DNA from: an uncultured Verrucomicrobiae bacterium
GTDB lineage: Bacteria > Verrucomicrobiota > Verrucomicrobiia > Chthoniobacterales > Chthoniobacteraceae
Length of the DNA: 64,000 nucleotides
NCBI GenBank assembly: GCA_963769025.1
Contig: CAVYKI010000009.1
Location: 960,001-1,024,000, forward strand
Reading direction: 5' to 3'
Shown: positions 48,643 to 59,200 of the stretch, one piece after another
How the letters are laid out: each line of letters begins with the position of its first letter
How positions within the stretch are numbered: the first letter of the stretch is position 1
The notes under the pieces: generated by a model
The model's input: the letters and a program-made list of their open reading frames with translations, nothing else
What the model was told of the DNA's origin: nothing
Databases searched by the model: none
Position numbers and translations under genes: made by a program

Positions 48643-49011
48643 ATGAGACGCGATTTCCTCCACCTGTGCATCGCAGCCGGCGCGGGCTTTGTAACGTGGG
48701 CCGCCTCGACACTGCCTGCTCGCGCTGCGGACGATGCAGGTGGCAGGGATCAATCTGCGCGTGATCTTGGCATCAAGGTGCTCGCGGTGCAGAAGGCGCT
48801 CAGACACCCAAAGGCTCCCGGCGCGATGGATGCGATTACGGCGCTGGGACGCGACTCGCGCTACTACGTGATGGTGCGCGGCTGGCTGGTGCAGGAACTC
48901 GCAGGCGCTGAAAGCATCCGCGACGCAAACCGGGAAGTGATCGCAGCCGAACTGCGCGAGCGGATTGATTTTTTGCACAAGGCCATCCGCGCGATCGACC
49001 TCGAGAAGTGA
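48643..49011 (+). CDS. Small hypothetical protein with Tat signal
   Basis: MRRDFLHLC...ARA-AD leader, helical body. Confidence 0.7.
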   Translation: MRRDFLHLCIAAGAGFVTWAASTLPARAADDAGGRDQSARDLGIKVLAVQKALRHPKAPGAMDAITALGRDSRYYVMVRGWLVQELAGAESIRDANREVIAAELRERIDFLHKAIRAIDLEK

Positions 49012-49062
49012 ACCGCACTCCCGCGAAATCCACGAAACAAACACAACCGCTCCTTTTTCATC

Positions 49063-50346
49063 ATGAGACGTGATTTTCTAAAACTCTGCGGCCTGCTCGG
49101 CCTGGGCTTCGCCTGCCCCGGCGGCATGACCTCGATCCTGCGCGCGGCGGTGAAAGAAGAACCGCCCTACGTCGGACCGTTCTACCTCGTGTTCAACGCC
49201 TCGGGCGGCTGGGACACGACCTGCCTGATGGACCCGAAGGGCATCAATGAAATCAACCGACTGTACAAGGAAGGCGACATTCTCACGAAAGGCGCGCACA
49301 AGTTTGCGCCGACGGACAAGCACAAGGCCGGCGGCATGAGCAACGAGGAGTTCTTCGGCGAATTCGGCGGCGAACTGCTCACGCTGAACGGCCTCGACTA
49401 CTCGGTGAACAACCATTCGCCCGGCGCCCGCTACATGGCCACCGGCAAGCTCGACAGCCTCGCGTATCCGACCTTCGCCGCGCTCGTCGCCGCGTGCAAA
49501 GGTCCGGCCTGCCCCCTCTCCTTCCTCACGTTCGGCAACTACTCCAACACCGGCAACCTCGTCGCGATGTCGCGCGTGCCGTACATCCAGTCGCTGCGGC
49601 AAATCGCAAACGCCGATTCCGTCGAGGGCAACACGCGCTCGCCTTACCACGACGATTTCGCCCTCGCGCGCATCGAGCAGGCGTTGCGCGACCAGCGCGA
49701 ATCGCGCACTTCGCTGCCATTGCTCCCGCGGCAGGAGCGCGCCGAAAACATGCTCTACGCCGCGCAGGTGAACTCGAAGGCGATGCAGCGCGTCACCCCT
49801 TTCATCCCGAGTTCGATGCCCAAGGAGCGTCTCGCGCAGCAGGCTGAGATTGCGCTCGCGTCTTTCAAGGCCGGCGTGTGCGTCTCGGCGAATCTTTCCA
49901 TCGGCCAGTTCGACAGCCACGCAAACAACGACGCCGACCAGATGAAGCTCATCCCCGAGTTGCTCGAAGGCATCGCGTATGTCCTGCGACGCGCCGAGGA
50001 GTTGAAGATCCGGGAAAAGCTCGTCGTAGTCATGCAGAGCGAAATGGGCCGCACGCCGGATTACAACAAAGGCAACGGCAAGGACCACTGGTCCGTCGGC
50101 TCGGTGATGTTCCTCGGTCCCGGCATCAAGGGCAACCGCGTCATCGGCGCGACGGACGAGAAACAATTCCACGTCCCGCTCAATCCGCAGACGCTCGCGT
50201 GCGACAGGGTTGCGGGCATCAAAGTGCGCCCGGAGCACATCCACGACGCGCTGCGCAGATACGCCGGCATTGCCGAACATCCGCTCAGCAAGAAGTTCCC
50301 GCTCGTCTTTCCCGAGAAGGAACGGCTCAAGGGATTGCTGGCGTAG
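49063..50346 (+). CDS. DUF1501 family protein (divergent), Tat signal
   Basis: MRRDFLK, ASGGWDTT.LMDPK, FDSH, SEMGRTP.YN, GKDHW, VIGATD. Confidence 0.85.
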   Translation: MRRDFLKLCGLLGLGFACPGGMTSILRAAVKEEPPYVGPFYLVFNASGGWDTTCLMDPKGINEINRLYKEGDILTKGAHKFAPTDKHKAGGMSNEEFFGEFGGELLTLNGLDYSVNNHSPGARYMATGKLDSLAYPTFAALVAACKGPACPLSFLTFGNYSNTGNLVAMSRVPYIQSLRQIANADSVEGNTRSPYHDDFALARIEQALRDQRESRTSLPLLPRQERAENMLYAAQVNSKAMQRVTPFIPSSMPKERLAQQAEIALASFKAGVCVSANLSIGQFDSHANNDADQMKLIPELLEGIAYVLRRAEELKIREKLVVVMQSEMGRTPDYNKGNGKDHWSVGSVMFLGPGIKGNRVIGATDEKQFHVPLNPQTLACDRVAGIKVRPEHIHDALRRYAGIAEHPLSKKFPLVFPEKERLKGLLA

Positions 50347-50451
50347 GATTGGGAAAATCGCATTTGCAAGCGACCCGAACACGCGTCCGCGCGCAGGGCC
50401 AACACCGACAATGCGCTGGCGTCCCCCCGCCCCCACGGTCACTTTCACCGC

Positions 50452-52176
50452 GTGCCTGAATCCCTAGCAGAGCCCCGCCTTTCCCAGGCCGCGCCGGAAC
50501 TCGCGGGCCACCTCGCGCGCGTTCGCCGCCGGCAAAGTGCCGTCGCGCTCCGCACGGGTTTTGCGATGGCGCTGGTCGCGGTGTTCGCGTGGCTCGCAAT
50601 CGGGATGCCGCTCGACTGGCTGCTCGCGCTGCCGTTCGCCGTGCGTGCCGTGCTCCTCGTGTGCGGGCTCGGCGGCGCGGCGGCGCTTGCGTGGGGGTTC
50701 GGCGTCCGAAAGTGGCTGCACCAGCCCGATGACGATCGTGTGGCGCTCGCCATCGAGCGCGCGTTGCCGCAATTCCGCAGCCGCTTCATCGCCAGCGTGC
50801 AGCTCGCGCGGCAGCACCACGCGAGCGATTCGAGCGGAGCCAGCGACGGGGTGAGCCGCTCGCTCGTGAATGCGCTGCTGAAGGAAACGGCCGCAGTCGC
50901 GGCGGATGCCCCATTCGACAACGCCGTGAAGACGGAGTCGCTTCGCCGCTGGCTGCGGATCGCGGCAGCCGCGACGGTCTGCGCAGCCGGACTGTGGATC
51001 GTCGGCGGACGCGCGAGTTGGCCCTTGTTCCAGCGCGCGTGGCTCGTGAATGTGCCGGTCCCGCGAAAGACGATGATCGTCGCCTTCACCGGTGACCGCG
51101 CAGTTGCGGTCGGCGACAATGTCACCCTCGAGGCCACGACCGCCGGAATTATTCCGAAGTCCGGCAGGCTGCTTATCGAAACCGCGTCCGGTCGTCGGCA
51201 GGAATTCGCACTCGACGCCACGGCCACCGAGCCGGTGCGCTTTTCCCGCATCCTGCAAAGCGTGCAGGAGAGCTTCCGCTACCGCATCGAACTCGGCGAC
51301 AACCGCACGGCGTTCGCGAGCGTGCGCGTTCGCCCACGTCCGGCCATCGCGGATCTCGCCTGCGAACAGATCTGGCCCGCATACACAAGGCTCCAACCCG
51401 TGCAAAGGCAGCCCGGCAACCTCAAGCTGCTCGCGGGATCGAAGCTCGCCGTCCGCATGAATTCCACCACGCCGCTCCGAAACGCCACGCTGCGGCTCAC
51501 CGGCGCGGAGCCTGCGCAGACCGTCCGCACCGCGCCGCTCGCGACGGATGCAAAGACTCCGGAAGATTGGACGGGCGCGGTGGAAATCCCCGCGAAGGAT
51601 GTGGCCGGGATGACTTTCCAGCTCACGGATGTGGAAGGCGTGGAGTCGCGCGCGATGGCCGTGCATCGCATCGAGGTCGTGCCCGACCAGCCCCCCAGCA
51701 TCCGCATTTTGCAGCCCTCTCGGCGCGAGGAACTGCTCACGAAGAAGGCGACGCTGCTGCTCGGTTTCGAGGCAAAGGACGACTTTGGCGTCGCAAAAGT
51801 GCTGCTGCATTACGCCGTGAACTGGACCGAAGGCGCGCCGCACAAGACGCTCGAGCTCGACCTCGGCGGCGACGAGCCGAAGTCACTCACGCGGCGCTTC
51901 GAGTGGAAGATCGAGCGCATCACGCCCGCGCCCGCGGAGAACGACACCATTGATTTTTGGCTGGAGGCCCGCGATGCGAACAACGTGACCGGCCCCGGAA
52001 TCGCGGTGCTGCCCGAGCACTGGCAGGCGCGCATCGTGAGCGAGGAGGAAAAGCGCGCGGACCTCGCGAACCGGCTCAACGACACGTTGCAGACCCTAGA
52101 CGCCGTGCGCCAGAGCCAGGAGGACCTCGCGAAAAAGCTCGGCGATCTCATCCATGAAAAGCCGGCCAAGCCGTGA
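50452..52176 (+). CDS. DUF4175-like membrane-anchored protein with Ig-like extracellular domains
   Basis: N-terminal TM pair, A.AIERALPQFRSRFIASVQL, PAYT, PDQPP, AKDDFGV, EARD.N...GPG. Confidence 0.72.
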   Translation: MPESLAEPRLSQAAPELAGHLARVRRRQSAVALRTGFAMALVAVFAWLAIGMPLDWLLALPFAVRAVLLVCGLGGAAALAWGFGVRKWLHQPDDDRVALAIERALPQFRSRFIASVQLARQHHASDSSGASDGVSRSLVNALLKETAAVAADAPFDNAVKTESLRRWLRIAAAATVCAAGLWIVGGRASWPLFQRAWLVNVPVPRKTMIVAFTGDRAVAVGDNVTLEATTAGIIPKSGRLLIETASGRRQEFALDATATEPVRFSRILQSVQESFRYRIELGDNRTAFASVRVRPRPAIADLACEQIWPAYTRLQPVQRQPGNLKLLAGSKLAVRMNSTTPLRNATLRLTGAEPAQTVRTAPLATDAKTPEDWTGAVEIPAKDVAGMTFQLTDVEGVESRAMAVHRIEVVPDQPPSIRILQPSRREELLTKKATLLLGFEAKDDFGVAKVLLHYAVNWTEGAPHKTLELDLGGDEPKSLTRRFEWKIERITPAPAENDTIDFWLEARDANNVTGPGIAVLPEHWQARIVSEEEKRADLANRLNDTLQTLDAVRQSQEDLAKKLGDLIHEKPAKP

Positions 52177-52236
52177 CGATTCTTTCCGCGACAATCGCCC
52201 TCAAACACGTAGCTTCGCTCCGTCACCGTCCGACGC

Positions 52237-55200
52237 ATGAAACTCCCTCTGCTCCTCCCCGCGAGACTGATCCTTGCATCCGTAGTGCTTGCCGCAGGTG
52301 ACGCATTCGCCGAGCTGCCGACCGCGCCGATTCGCGAAAGCGAGCAAAAGCAGGCGCAGATTCAGGGAGAGACGAAACTCCTCTCCGACACGCTCACGGC
52401 GATGCTCGGCGAATATGAGCGGAACAATCTCGCGGGTGACGACGCCGCGACCGTGCGCAAGCTGCGCGAATCGCTCGGCGCGCTGTCCTCCACCGAGATG
52501 CGGCAGGTCGTGGATTTGCTCCAACGCGCGCGAGCGGCGTCGGATCCGAATGCGACAGTGAGGACGGTCGCGGATGCGTTCACGACCCAGAAACAAATCC
52601 TCGTGGCCATCCAGCGCATCCTCGCCGAACACGCGCGTGAGCAGGAGGCGGCGGAGATTTCCAAGCAACTGCATGCGCTCGCCGACCGGCAGGCGCGCAA
52701 TCTTCGAAACGCGATCGAACTCGGACGGATGACGGCCGGCGGACAGGCGGAGAACGCCGGAGCCATGCAGCAGGCGCAACTCGAGACGCAGCGCGGCGAG
52801 CAGTCGGCCATCGCCGAGGAACTGAAGATGATTCGTGGCAAGGTCGCGCGTTTCGCGGCGAATCCGGAGAACGCGGGCGCGGCGGACAATTTCAATGCGG
52901 CGGCGAAGCAGCTCGAAGCCGTGGAGCCCGTCGCCGAGGCCGCGGCGGAAGCGCTGAAAGCCGGGCAGCTTTTCAAGGCGGCGACAGACGAAAAGGCGAG
53001 CCGCGAGGAATTGCGGAAGGTCGCGCGACAGATTGCACCGCGCGAGCAAGGGCCCGAGGCGCTGCGGAAGGCGGAGCGCGAACTTGGCGAGGTGATCGCC
53101 GAGCAGCGCCAATTGCGCGACTCGACGGCGGGACAGCGGAAACAGCAGGACCTCGACAAATGGCTGGCGGAAAAGCTCGCCGGAGAGGGCAAGAACGACG
53201 CGCTTCCGTCGAAGTTTCGAAACCAGCCGGCATCCGCACTGCGTGAAAATCCGGAGATCCGCGCGCGCTTTGAAAACGAGGAGAGGGCACAGGAGGCGCA
53301 GCTCGCACGCATCGAGGATCAGCAGGGTGAACTCGCCTCGAAGACCGATGCGCTCGCGCAAAAAATCGCCGAGGTCCCGCGGGCTGCGGAAGGACTGAAG
53401 GGCGCGACGGGAAAAATGCAGGAGGCGCGCGCCGCGATGCAGGATGCAAACGCACCGCAGGCCGCGCAGCAGCAGGACGCCGCCCTCGCACGGCTCGACA
53501 CGGCGCACGCGGAACTGAAACGCCGCGCCGACGAGGCCGAGGCACTGGCCGCACGGAGCGACGACAAGGTCAAGGATCTCGAACAGCTCAAGAATGTCGC
53601 CGAGGCGCTCGCACGCGAGGAGGGCGCAGTGGCGAAGGAAGCGAAACCGGACGCTGCGGCACAGGCGGACATCGCACGGCGGGCAAATCAACTCGCGCAG
53701 CGCGCGGCCGCGGCCGCGCCTTTGGCCGCGCAGCCGGCACAGGCGGCGGCGAACAACGCGCAGCAGGCCGAGCAGGCGATGCAAGCCGGCAAGCCTGCCG
53801 AAGGCCGTGCCGCGGCGGAGCAGGCCGCGCAAAATCTCGCGGAGGCAGCGAAACAAATCGCGCAGGAACTTGCCAAGGCGCAGGCGGCCCAGCAGCAGGC
53901 GGATGCGGCGCAGGCGGCGCTCGCGGACCTTGGAAAATTGATCCAGGCGGAACAGACGCTCGAACTCGAAACCGCAAAGGCTGTCGCGCTCGTCTCGCAG
54001 AAAATGCCCGCGCCTTTTGCGGAACTCGGAACACGACAGGGTGCGGTGCAAGCCGATGCGGCGAATTTCAGAGGCACGCTCACCGCGATGGCTCCGGACG
54101 CGGGGCAGGCAGTCGGGGACGCCGCGATGGCGATGGGCGATGCACGCGTTCAACTCGATGCGGCGAAAGGTGCCGAGGCACGGGTCGCGGAGCAGCGGGC
54201 GATCGAAAGGCTGCTCGCGGCGCAGCATTTGCTCGGTGCGATGCTCGATCAGGCGCAGGCCGCGCTCGGCCAACCGAATGCCGCAAACGCGGCGCAGATG
54301 GCAGCGGCGGCGAACCAACTCGCGCAGGCGCAGCAGCAGGTGCAGCAGGCGCAGGCAAATCTCCAACAGGCAGCGCAGCAATCCGGACAACAGGCGGCGC
54401 AGAACGCCGCGGAAGCTGCCCAGCAGGCGGCGCAGGCTGCACAACAGGCCGCACAAGCTGCGCAGGCCGCACAGCAGCAAGCGGCGCAGGCGGGCAATCA
54501 GCCTGCGGCACAGCAAGCCGCTCAGGCCGCGCAGCAGGCCGCCGCCGCCGCCCAAGCCGCCCAGCAAGCCGCTCAAAATGCGCAGCAGATGGCCGCGAAT
54601 CCCGGCCAACCCGCAGCACAGGCGGCGCAAGAGGCGGCCCAGCAGTCGGGCCAGGCCGCGCAGGCCGCGCAGCAAGCCGCGACCGCCGCGCAAGCGGCAC
54701 AGCAAGCGGCACAACAGGGTGCCCAACAGGCGGCTCAAGCGGGACAGCAGGCTGCGCAAAATGCGAATCAGCAAGCAGCGCAGCAAGCCGGCCAGGCTGC
54801 CCAAGCTGCGCAGCAGGCGGCACAGGCTGCACAGCAGGCGCAGCAGATGGCGCAGGCAGCGGCGCAAGCCGCGCAGAACGGATCACAAACCGCGAACGCT
54901 TCGATGCAGCAGGCCGCACAGCAACTCGCGCAGGCCGCGCAAAGCGCGGGGCAGGCGGCGGCCCAGCAGGGTGGCCGGATGTCACCCTCCGCACAGCAGG
55001 CGACACAGCAGGCCGGGCAGCAACTTTCCTCCGCAACCGGCCAGGCGATGAGCGGGCAGAACAGCGCAGCGCAGCAGGCCGCGCAGAGCGCTTCGCAGTC
55101 GCTCGCGAAGGCGCAGGCCGCGATGGCTGCGACGCAGGCGGGACTCTCGGCTTCGCAAGGCGCGCCGATGCCGGGCGGGCAAGGACAGCCGGGACAGGGC

Positions 55201-55470
55201 TCGCAGCCGGGACAGGGGCAGGCTCCGGGGAAAAATTCGCAGGCAGGCACAGGGCCTTCGCAGGGCGCGGAAAGTTACACGCCCGGCGACCCGAAGGCGG
55301 TGGAGCGCGGTGCGCGCGAGGCGGCGCTGAAGAAGGCGGACTTCATCGGACTTCCCGCGCGCGAGCGTGCAGCGATCCAGCAGTCGCTCCGGGAAAAATA
55401 TCCGCAGGAGTACGGCCCGCTCGTCGAGCAATACCTGCTGAACCTCGCGAACGAGAGCGGGAAAAAGTAA
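52237..55470 (+). CDS. Large exported coiled-coil protein with long Ala/Gln low-complexity tract
   Basis: Signal peptide, repeated Q..L helical motifs, AQQAAQ repeats, C-terminal LPARER....REKYPQEY..LVEQY motif. Confidence 0.8.
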   Translation: MKLPLLLPARLILASVVLAAGDAFAELPTAPIRESEQKQAQIQGETKLLSDTLTAMLGEYERNNLAGDDAATVRKLRESLGALSSTEMRQVVDLLQRARAASDPNATVRTVADAFTTQKQILVAIQRILAEHAREQEAAEISKQLHALADRQARNLRNAIELGRMTAGGQAENAGAMQQAQLETQRGEQSAIAEELKMIRGKVARFAANPENAGAADNFNAAAKQLEAVEPVAEAAAEALKAGQLFKAATDEKASREELRKVARQIAPREQGPEALRKAERELGEVIAEQRQLRDSTAGQRKQQDLDKWLAEKLAGEGKNDALPSKFRNQPASALRENPEIRARFENEERAQEAQLARIEDQQGELASKTDALAQKIAEVPRAAEGLKGATGKMQEARAAMQDANAPQAAQQQDAALARLDTAHAELKRRADEAEALAARSDDKVKDLEQLKNVAEALAREEGAVAKEAKPDAAAQADIARRANQLAQRAAAAAPLAAQPAQAAANNAQQAEQAMQAGKPAEGRAAAEQAAQNLAEAAKQIAQELAKAQAAQQQADAAQAALADLGKLIQAEQTLELETAKAVALVSQKMPAPFAELGTRQGAVQADAANFRGTLTAMAPDAGQAVGDAAMAMGDARVQLDAAKGAEARVAEQRAIERLLAAQHLLGAMLDQAQAALGQPNAANAAQMAAAANQLAQAQQQVQQAQANLQQAAQQSGQQAAQNAAEAAQQAAQAAQQAAQAAQAAQQQAAQAGNQPAAQQAAQAAQQAAAAAQAAQQAAQNAQQMAANPGQPAAQAAQEAAQQSGQAAQAAQQAATAAQAAQQAAQQGAQQAAQAGQQAAQNANQQAAQQAGQAAQAAQQAAQAAQQAQQMAQAAAQAAQNGSQTANASMQQAAQQLAQAAQSAGQAAAQQGGRMSPSAQQATQQAGQQLSSATGQAMSGQNSAAQQAAQSASQSLAKAQAAMAATQAGLSASQGAPMPGGQGQPGQGSQPGQGQAPGKNSQAGTGPSQGAESYTPGDPKAVERGAREAALKKADFIGLPARERAAIQQSLREKYPQEYGPLVEQYLLNLANESGKK
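54250..55150 (+). repeat. Coding low-complexity repeat (AQQAAQA-type units)
   Basis: About 300 codons dominated by GCN and CAR. Boundaries approximate. Confidence 0.85.
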
Positions 55471-55633
55471 TCCGCTGATCGCCGACGGCCGCGGTGGCCC
55501 AGTCCAATCTGAGTCGGGATTCATCGAGCAGCGTCGGCACAGAGCCCGGATATCCTCCGACGACGTGCTGATTCGTTCAGATGAATTTTTCCGCCAAACG
55601 TGCATGCGAATCCGCAGCCGGGGCGGCGCTTTA

Positions 55634-56968
55634 TCACACCCACATGCCGTCGGGCAGCACGGCGCCCTTCGGGATGACGACGATGCCGTCGCGGACATAC
55701 CACAACGGCTTTTCCGAGCCGTCACCCCATCGCACGGGGGGTCCGTCGCATTCATCGGGCTTGCCGTCGGGCGTGATGACCACGCCGTTTCCGACCCGCG
55801 CGTTCTTGTCCACGATGGCGTGGTCCACGACGCAATTCGAGCCGATGCCGAGCGCCGGCTCCCCTTCCCTTCCGGGGCGCACTTCCTCGTAGTAGTCCGC
55901 GCCCATCACCACGCTGTTTTTGATCGTCGAGCCGCTCTTGATGATGCTCCGCAGACCGATGACGGCGCGCTCGATGTTGGCGTCGCTGATGATGCAGCCG
56001 TCGCTGATGATCGCCTGGCGCACCGTGGCGCCGTTCACTTTGCTGCCCGGCAGGAAACGCATGTGCGTGTAGATCGGCGCGGTCGCATCGAAGAAGCTGA
56101 ATGGAGGAAGCGGATTGGTGAGCGCGAGATTCGCATCGAAGAACGCTCGGATGGTGCCGATGTCCTCCCAGTATCCTTGGAAGATATGCGCGTGGACGCG
56201 GAGCTTTCCGAGGGCCTCGGGGATCACGTGCTTGCCGAAATCCATGAGCTGGTTGTCGAGCGACTGGCGCAGCGCCTCGCGGTTGAAAATGTAGATGCCC
56301 ATCGAAGCCTGAAACAATTCCGCCCCCGCATCGCGCCCGAGTTCCGTGAGGAGCGGCGCGGGAATCCGCAGTGTATCGAGCACCGCAGGGTCTTTCGGCT
56401 TTTCGACGAATTGCGTGATTCGCCGCCCCGCATCCGTATGCATGATGCCGAAGCTCGACGCATCCTGCCGCCCGACGGGGATCGTCCCGACCGTCAGCTC
56501 CGCCTTCGTCTCAATGTGTTGCTCGAGCATGCGGCGGTAATCCATCCGGTAAAGCTGATCGCCGCTGAGGATGACATAGTACTCGAACGGCCCGTTGAGA
56601 AAATCCGCGAGATTCTGGCGCACCGCGTCCGCCGTGCCCTGGTACCATTGCGAATCGGTCGGCGTCTGCTGCGCGGCGAGGATCTCGACGTAGCTTCGCG
56701 AGAACTGGTCGAACTTGTAAGTCGCGTGGATGTGCCGGTGCAGCGAGACGCTGTTGAACTGCGTGAGGACGTAGATGCGCCGAAGGCCCGAGTTCAGGCA
56801 GTTCGAGATCGGAATGTCCACGAGCCGGTACTTTCCGGCCAGCGGCACGGCGGGTTTGGAACGCTCCTTTGTCAGCGGAAACAACCGCGAACCGGCGCCG
56901 CCTCCCATGATGATCGCGAGGGTTTTCTCGGTGACTGCAGGCCAGTTGAAGTTGGAGTCGATTCCCAT
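55634..56968 (-). CDS. glgC: Glucose-1-phosphate adenylyltransferase
   Basis: GGGAGSRLFPLT..RSKPAVP, LTQFNS.SL.RH, WYQGTADAVRQ, LSGDQLYRMDY, FVEKP, YWEDIGT. Confidence 0.96.
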   Translation of the reverse strand: MGIDSNFNWPAVTEKTLAIIMGGGAGSRLFPLTKERSKPAVPLAGKYRLVDIPISNCLNSGLRRIYVLTQFNSVSLHRHIHATYKFDQFSRSYVEILAAQQTPTDSQWYQGTADAVRQNLADFLNGPFEYYVILSGDQLYRMDYRRMLEQHIETKAELTVGTIPVGRQDASSFGIMHTDAGRRITQFVEKPKDPAVLDTLRIPAPLLTELGRDAGAELFQASMGIYIFNREALRQSLDNQLMDFGKHVIPEALGKLRVHAHIFQGYWEDIGTIRAFFDANLALTNPLPPFSFFDATAPIYTHMRFLPGSKVNGATVRQAIISDGCIISDANIERAVIGLRSIIKSGSTIKNSVVMGADYYEEVRPGREGEPALGIGSNCVVDHAIVDKNARVGNGVVITPDGKPDECDGPPVRWGDGSEKPLWYVRDGIVVIPKGAVLPDGMWV

Positions 56969-57076
56969 GCACCGAGGCTAGACTGAAAACATCGTGCGAT
57001 GGAAGCTGCGAAAGTTTCCCTCCGGCTCACGTCTCTGTTGCCATTCACGGAAGCGAATGCGTAGAAGGAAAGCTTT

Positions 57077-57718
57077 ATGGCCGACCTGAAGCACCTGCTC
57101 GACAACAACCGCGAATGGGCGGAGGACATCAAGAGTCGCCATCCTGATTTTTTCCGGAACCTCGCGCATCTCCAGGCCCCGGAATACCTGTGGATCGGCT
57201 GCTCGGATTCGCGCGTTCCCGCAAACCAGATCACGGGCCTCGCGCCCGGGGAGGTTTTTGTGCACCGCAACGTCGCCAATGTCGTCGTGCACACCGATCT
57301 GAATTGCCTGTCGGTCATGCAGTTCGCCGTGGATGTGCTGAAGGTGAAACACATCATCGTCGTCGGTCACTACGGCTGCGCCGGCGTGCTCGCGGCTCTG
57401 AAGCGTCATCGCTTCGGCCTCGTGGACAACTGGCTGCGGCACATCCAGGACGTGCGGCACAAACACGCCGGACTCATCGAGCGATTCCCCGCGGAGCGGC
57501 AGCAGGACACGCTCGGCGAGTTGAACGTCATCGAGCAGGTGCTCAATGTCGGCGAGACCACCGTGGTCCGCGACGCATGGGAGCGCGGACAGCCGCTCTC
57601 GATCCACGGCTGGATCTACCGCCTCGACGACGGGCTGATCCGCGACTTGAAAATGGACGCCTCGGATGTCGCCGAACTGGACCGTGCATACCGCGACGCC
57701 ATTGCCGCGATTGCGTAG
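57077..57718 (+). CDS. can: Beta carbonic anhydrase
   Basis: WIGCSDSRVP, FVHRNVAN, GHYGC, ELNVIEQV. Confidence 0.95.
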   Translation: MADLKHLLDNNREWAEDIKSRHPDFFRNLAHLQAPEYLWIGCSDSRVPANQITGLAPGEVFVHRNVANVVVHTDLNCLSVMQFAVDVLKVKHIIVVGHYGCAGVLAALKRHRFGLVDNWLRHIQDVRHKHAGLIERFPAERQQDTLGELNVIEQVLNVGETTVVRDAWERGQPLSIHGWIYRLDDGLIRDLKMDASDVAELDRAYRDAIAAIA

Positions 57719-57792
57719 CACCGGAGAGCCGCTTCAGGCTGACGCTTCGGAGTTGCCGAATGCTCGGCGACGCCTCTACCGTCTCGCGCTTC

Positions 57793-59200
57793 ATGCCGAC
57801 GCGCTTTTTCAACACCTACTCGCGACAGCTCGAAGAGTTCCGCCCGCTCGATCCTGACGGCAGAGGCGTGAAACTCTACACGTGCGGGCCGACGGTCTAT
57901 AATTTCGCGCACATCGGGAATTTCCGCGCCTACATCTTCGAGGACCTGCTGCAGCGGCATCTGGAGGCGCGCGGCTTCGAGGTCGAGCGCGTGATGAATC
58001 TCACCGACGTGGACGACAAGACGATCCGCGGGTGCCGGCAACTCGGCGTGCGGCTCGCGGAGTTCACGCAGAAGTTCAAGGACGCGTTCTTCGAGGACCT
58101 CGGCACGCTGCGGGTGAAACGCGCGCAGCATTTTCCTGCCGCGACTGATTACGTCGCGCAAATGATCGGGATGATCCGCGTGCTGGAGCAAAAGGGCATC
58201 GCGTATCAGGCCGAGGACCAGTCGCTGTATTTCCGGCTCAGCAAGTTCCCCGACTACGGGAAGCTCGCGCATCTGAACCTCGACGAACTGCGCCCGAGCG
58301 GCCGCGTGACGAGCGACGAATACGAGAAGGAAAACATCGGCGACTTCGCGCTGTGGAAGGCGTGGGATGAAAACGACGGCGACGTGAAATGGGATTCACC
58401 GTGGGGCCCCGGTCGCCCCGGCTGGCACATCGAGTGCAGCGCGATGGCCACCGCGCTGCTCGGCCCGGAGATCGACATCCATTGCGGCGGCGTGGACAAC
58501 ATTTTCCCGCACCACGAGGCGGAGATCGCGCAGAGCGAATGCGTGAACGGGGAAGAAGTTCGTCCGCTACTGGCTGCACTGCGCACACCTCATGGTCGAG
58601 GGGCAGAAGATGGCGAAGAGCGCTGGGAACTTTTACACGCTGCGCGACTTGATCGAGAAAGGCTGGACCGGACGAGAGATCCGCTACGCGCTCATCACCG
58701 TGAACTACCGGCTGCCGCTGAATTTCACATTTGACGGTCTCGCCGGGGCGCGCAGCGCGCTGGGGAGAATCGATGAATGGGTGGCGCGCCTCACAGACCG
58801 CGCCGTGAGCGCCATCCTGCCGGAGGCACTGCCCGCTCAGTTCGCGAATGCCATCGAGTCGTTTTTCACCGACTTGGACGACGACCTGAACATCAGCGGC
58901 GCGATGGGCCGGGTGTTCGACCTTATCCGCGAAACGAATCGTGCACTCGATGCGGATGAGATCAGCCCGGGCGTCGCAGCCGCGATTGTCGGCGGCTGGA
59001 AGCGGATCAATTCAGTGCTCGGTCTCGAACGCGAAGCGCACACTCCGTCGCCGGAAGTTCTCGCGCTCGTCGAGGAACGCCAGCTTGCCCGCACCAACAG
59101 GCAATGGTCCGAGAGCGACCGTCTGCGAGACGCCATCGCGGCGCTCGGCTGGGTTGTAAAGGACACCAAGGAAGGCCCGAAGCTCTCGCCAAGAACGTAG
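57793..59200 (+). CDS. cysS: Cysteine--tRNA ligase (probable sequencing frameshift near 58550)
   Basis: YTCGPTVY, HIGN, TDVDDK, DFALWK, GRPGWHIECSAM, FPHHE, KMAKS, DDLN. Confidence 0.95.

Noticed and set aside
54250..55150. CRISPR-like periodic repeats, or Cys-rich antisense ORFs (CCAACAAC)
   Set aside because: Periodicity is codon-level Ala/Gln coding with no repeat-spacer structure and no cas genes. The antisense ORFs are shadows of it.
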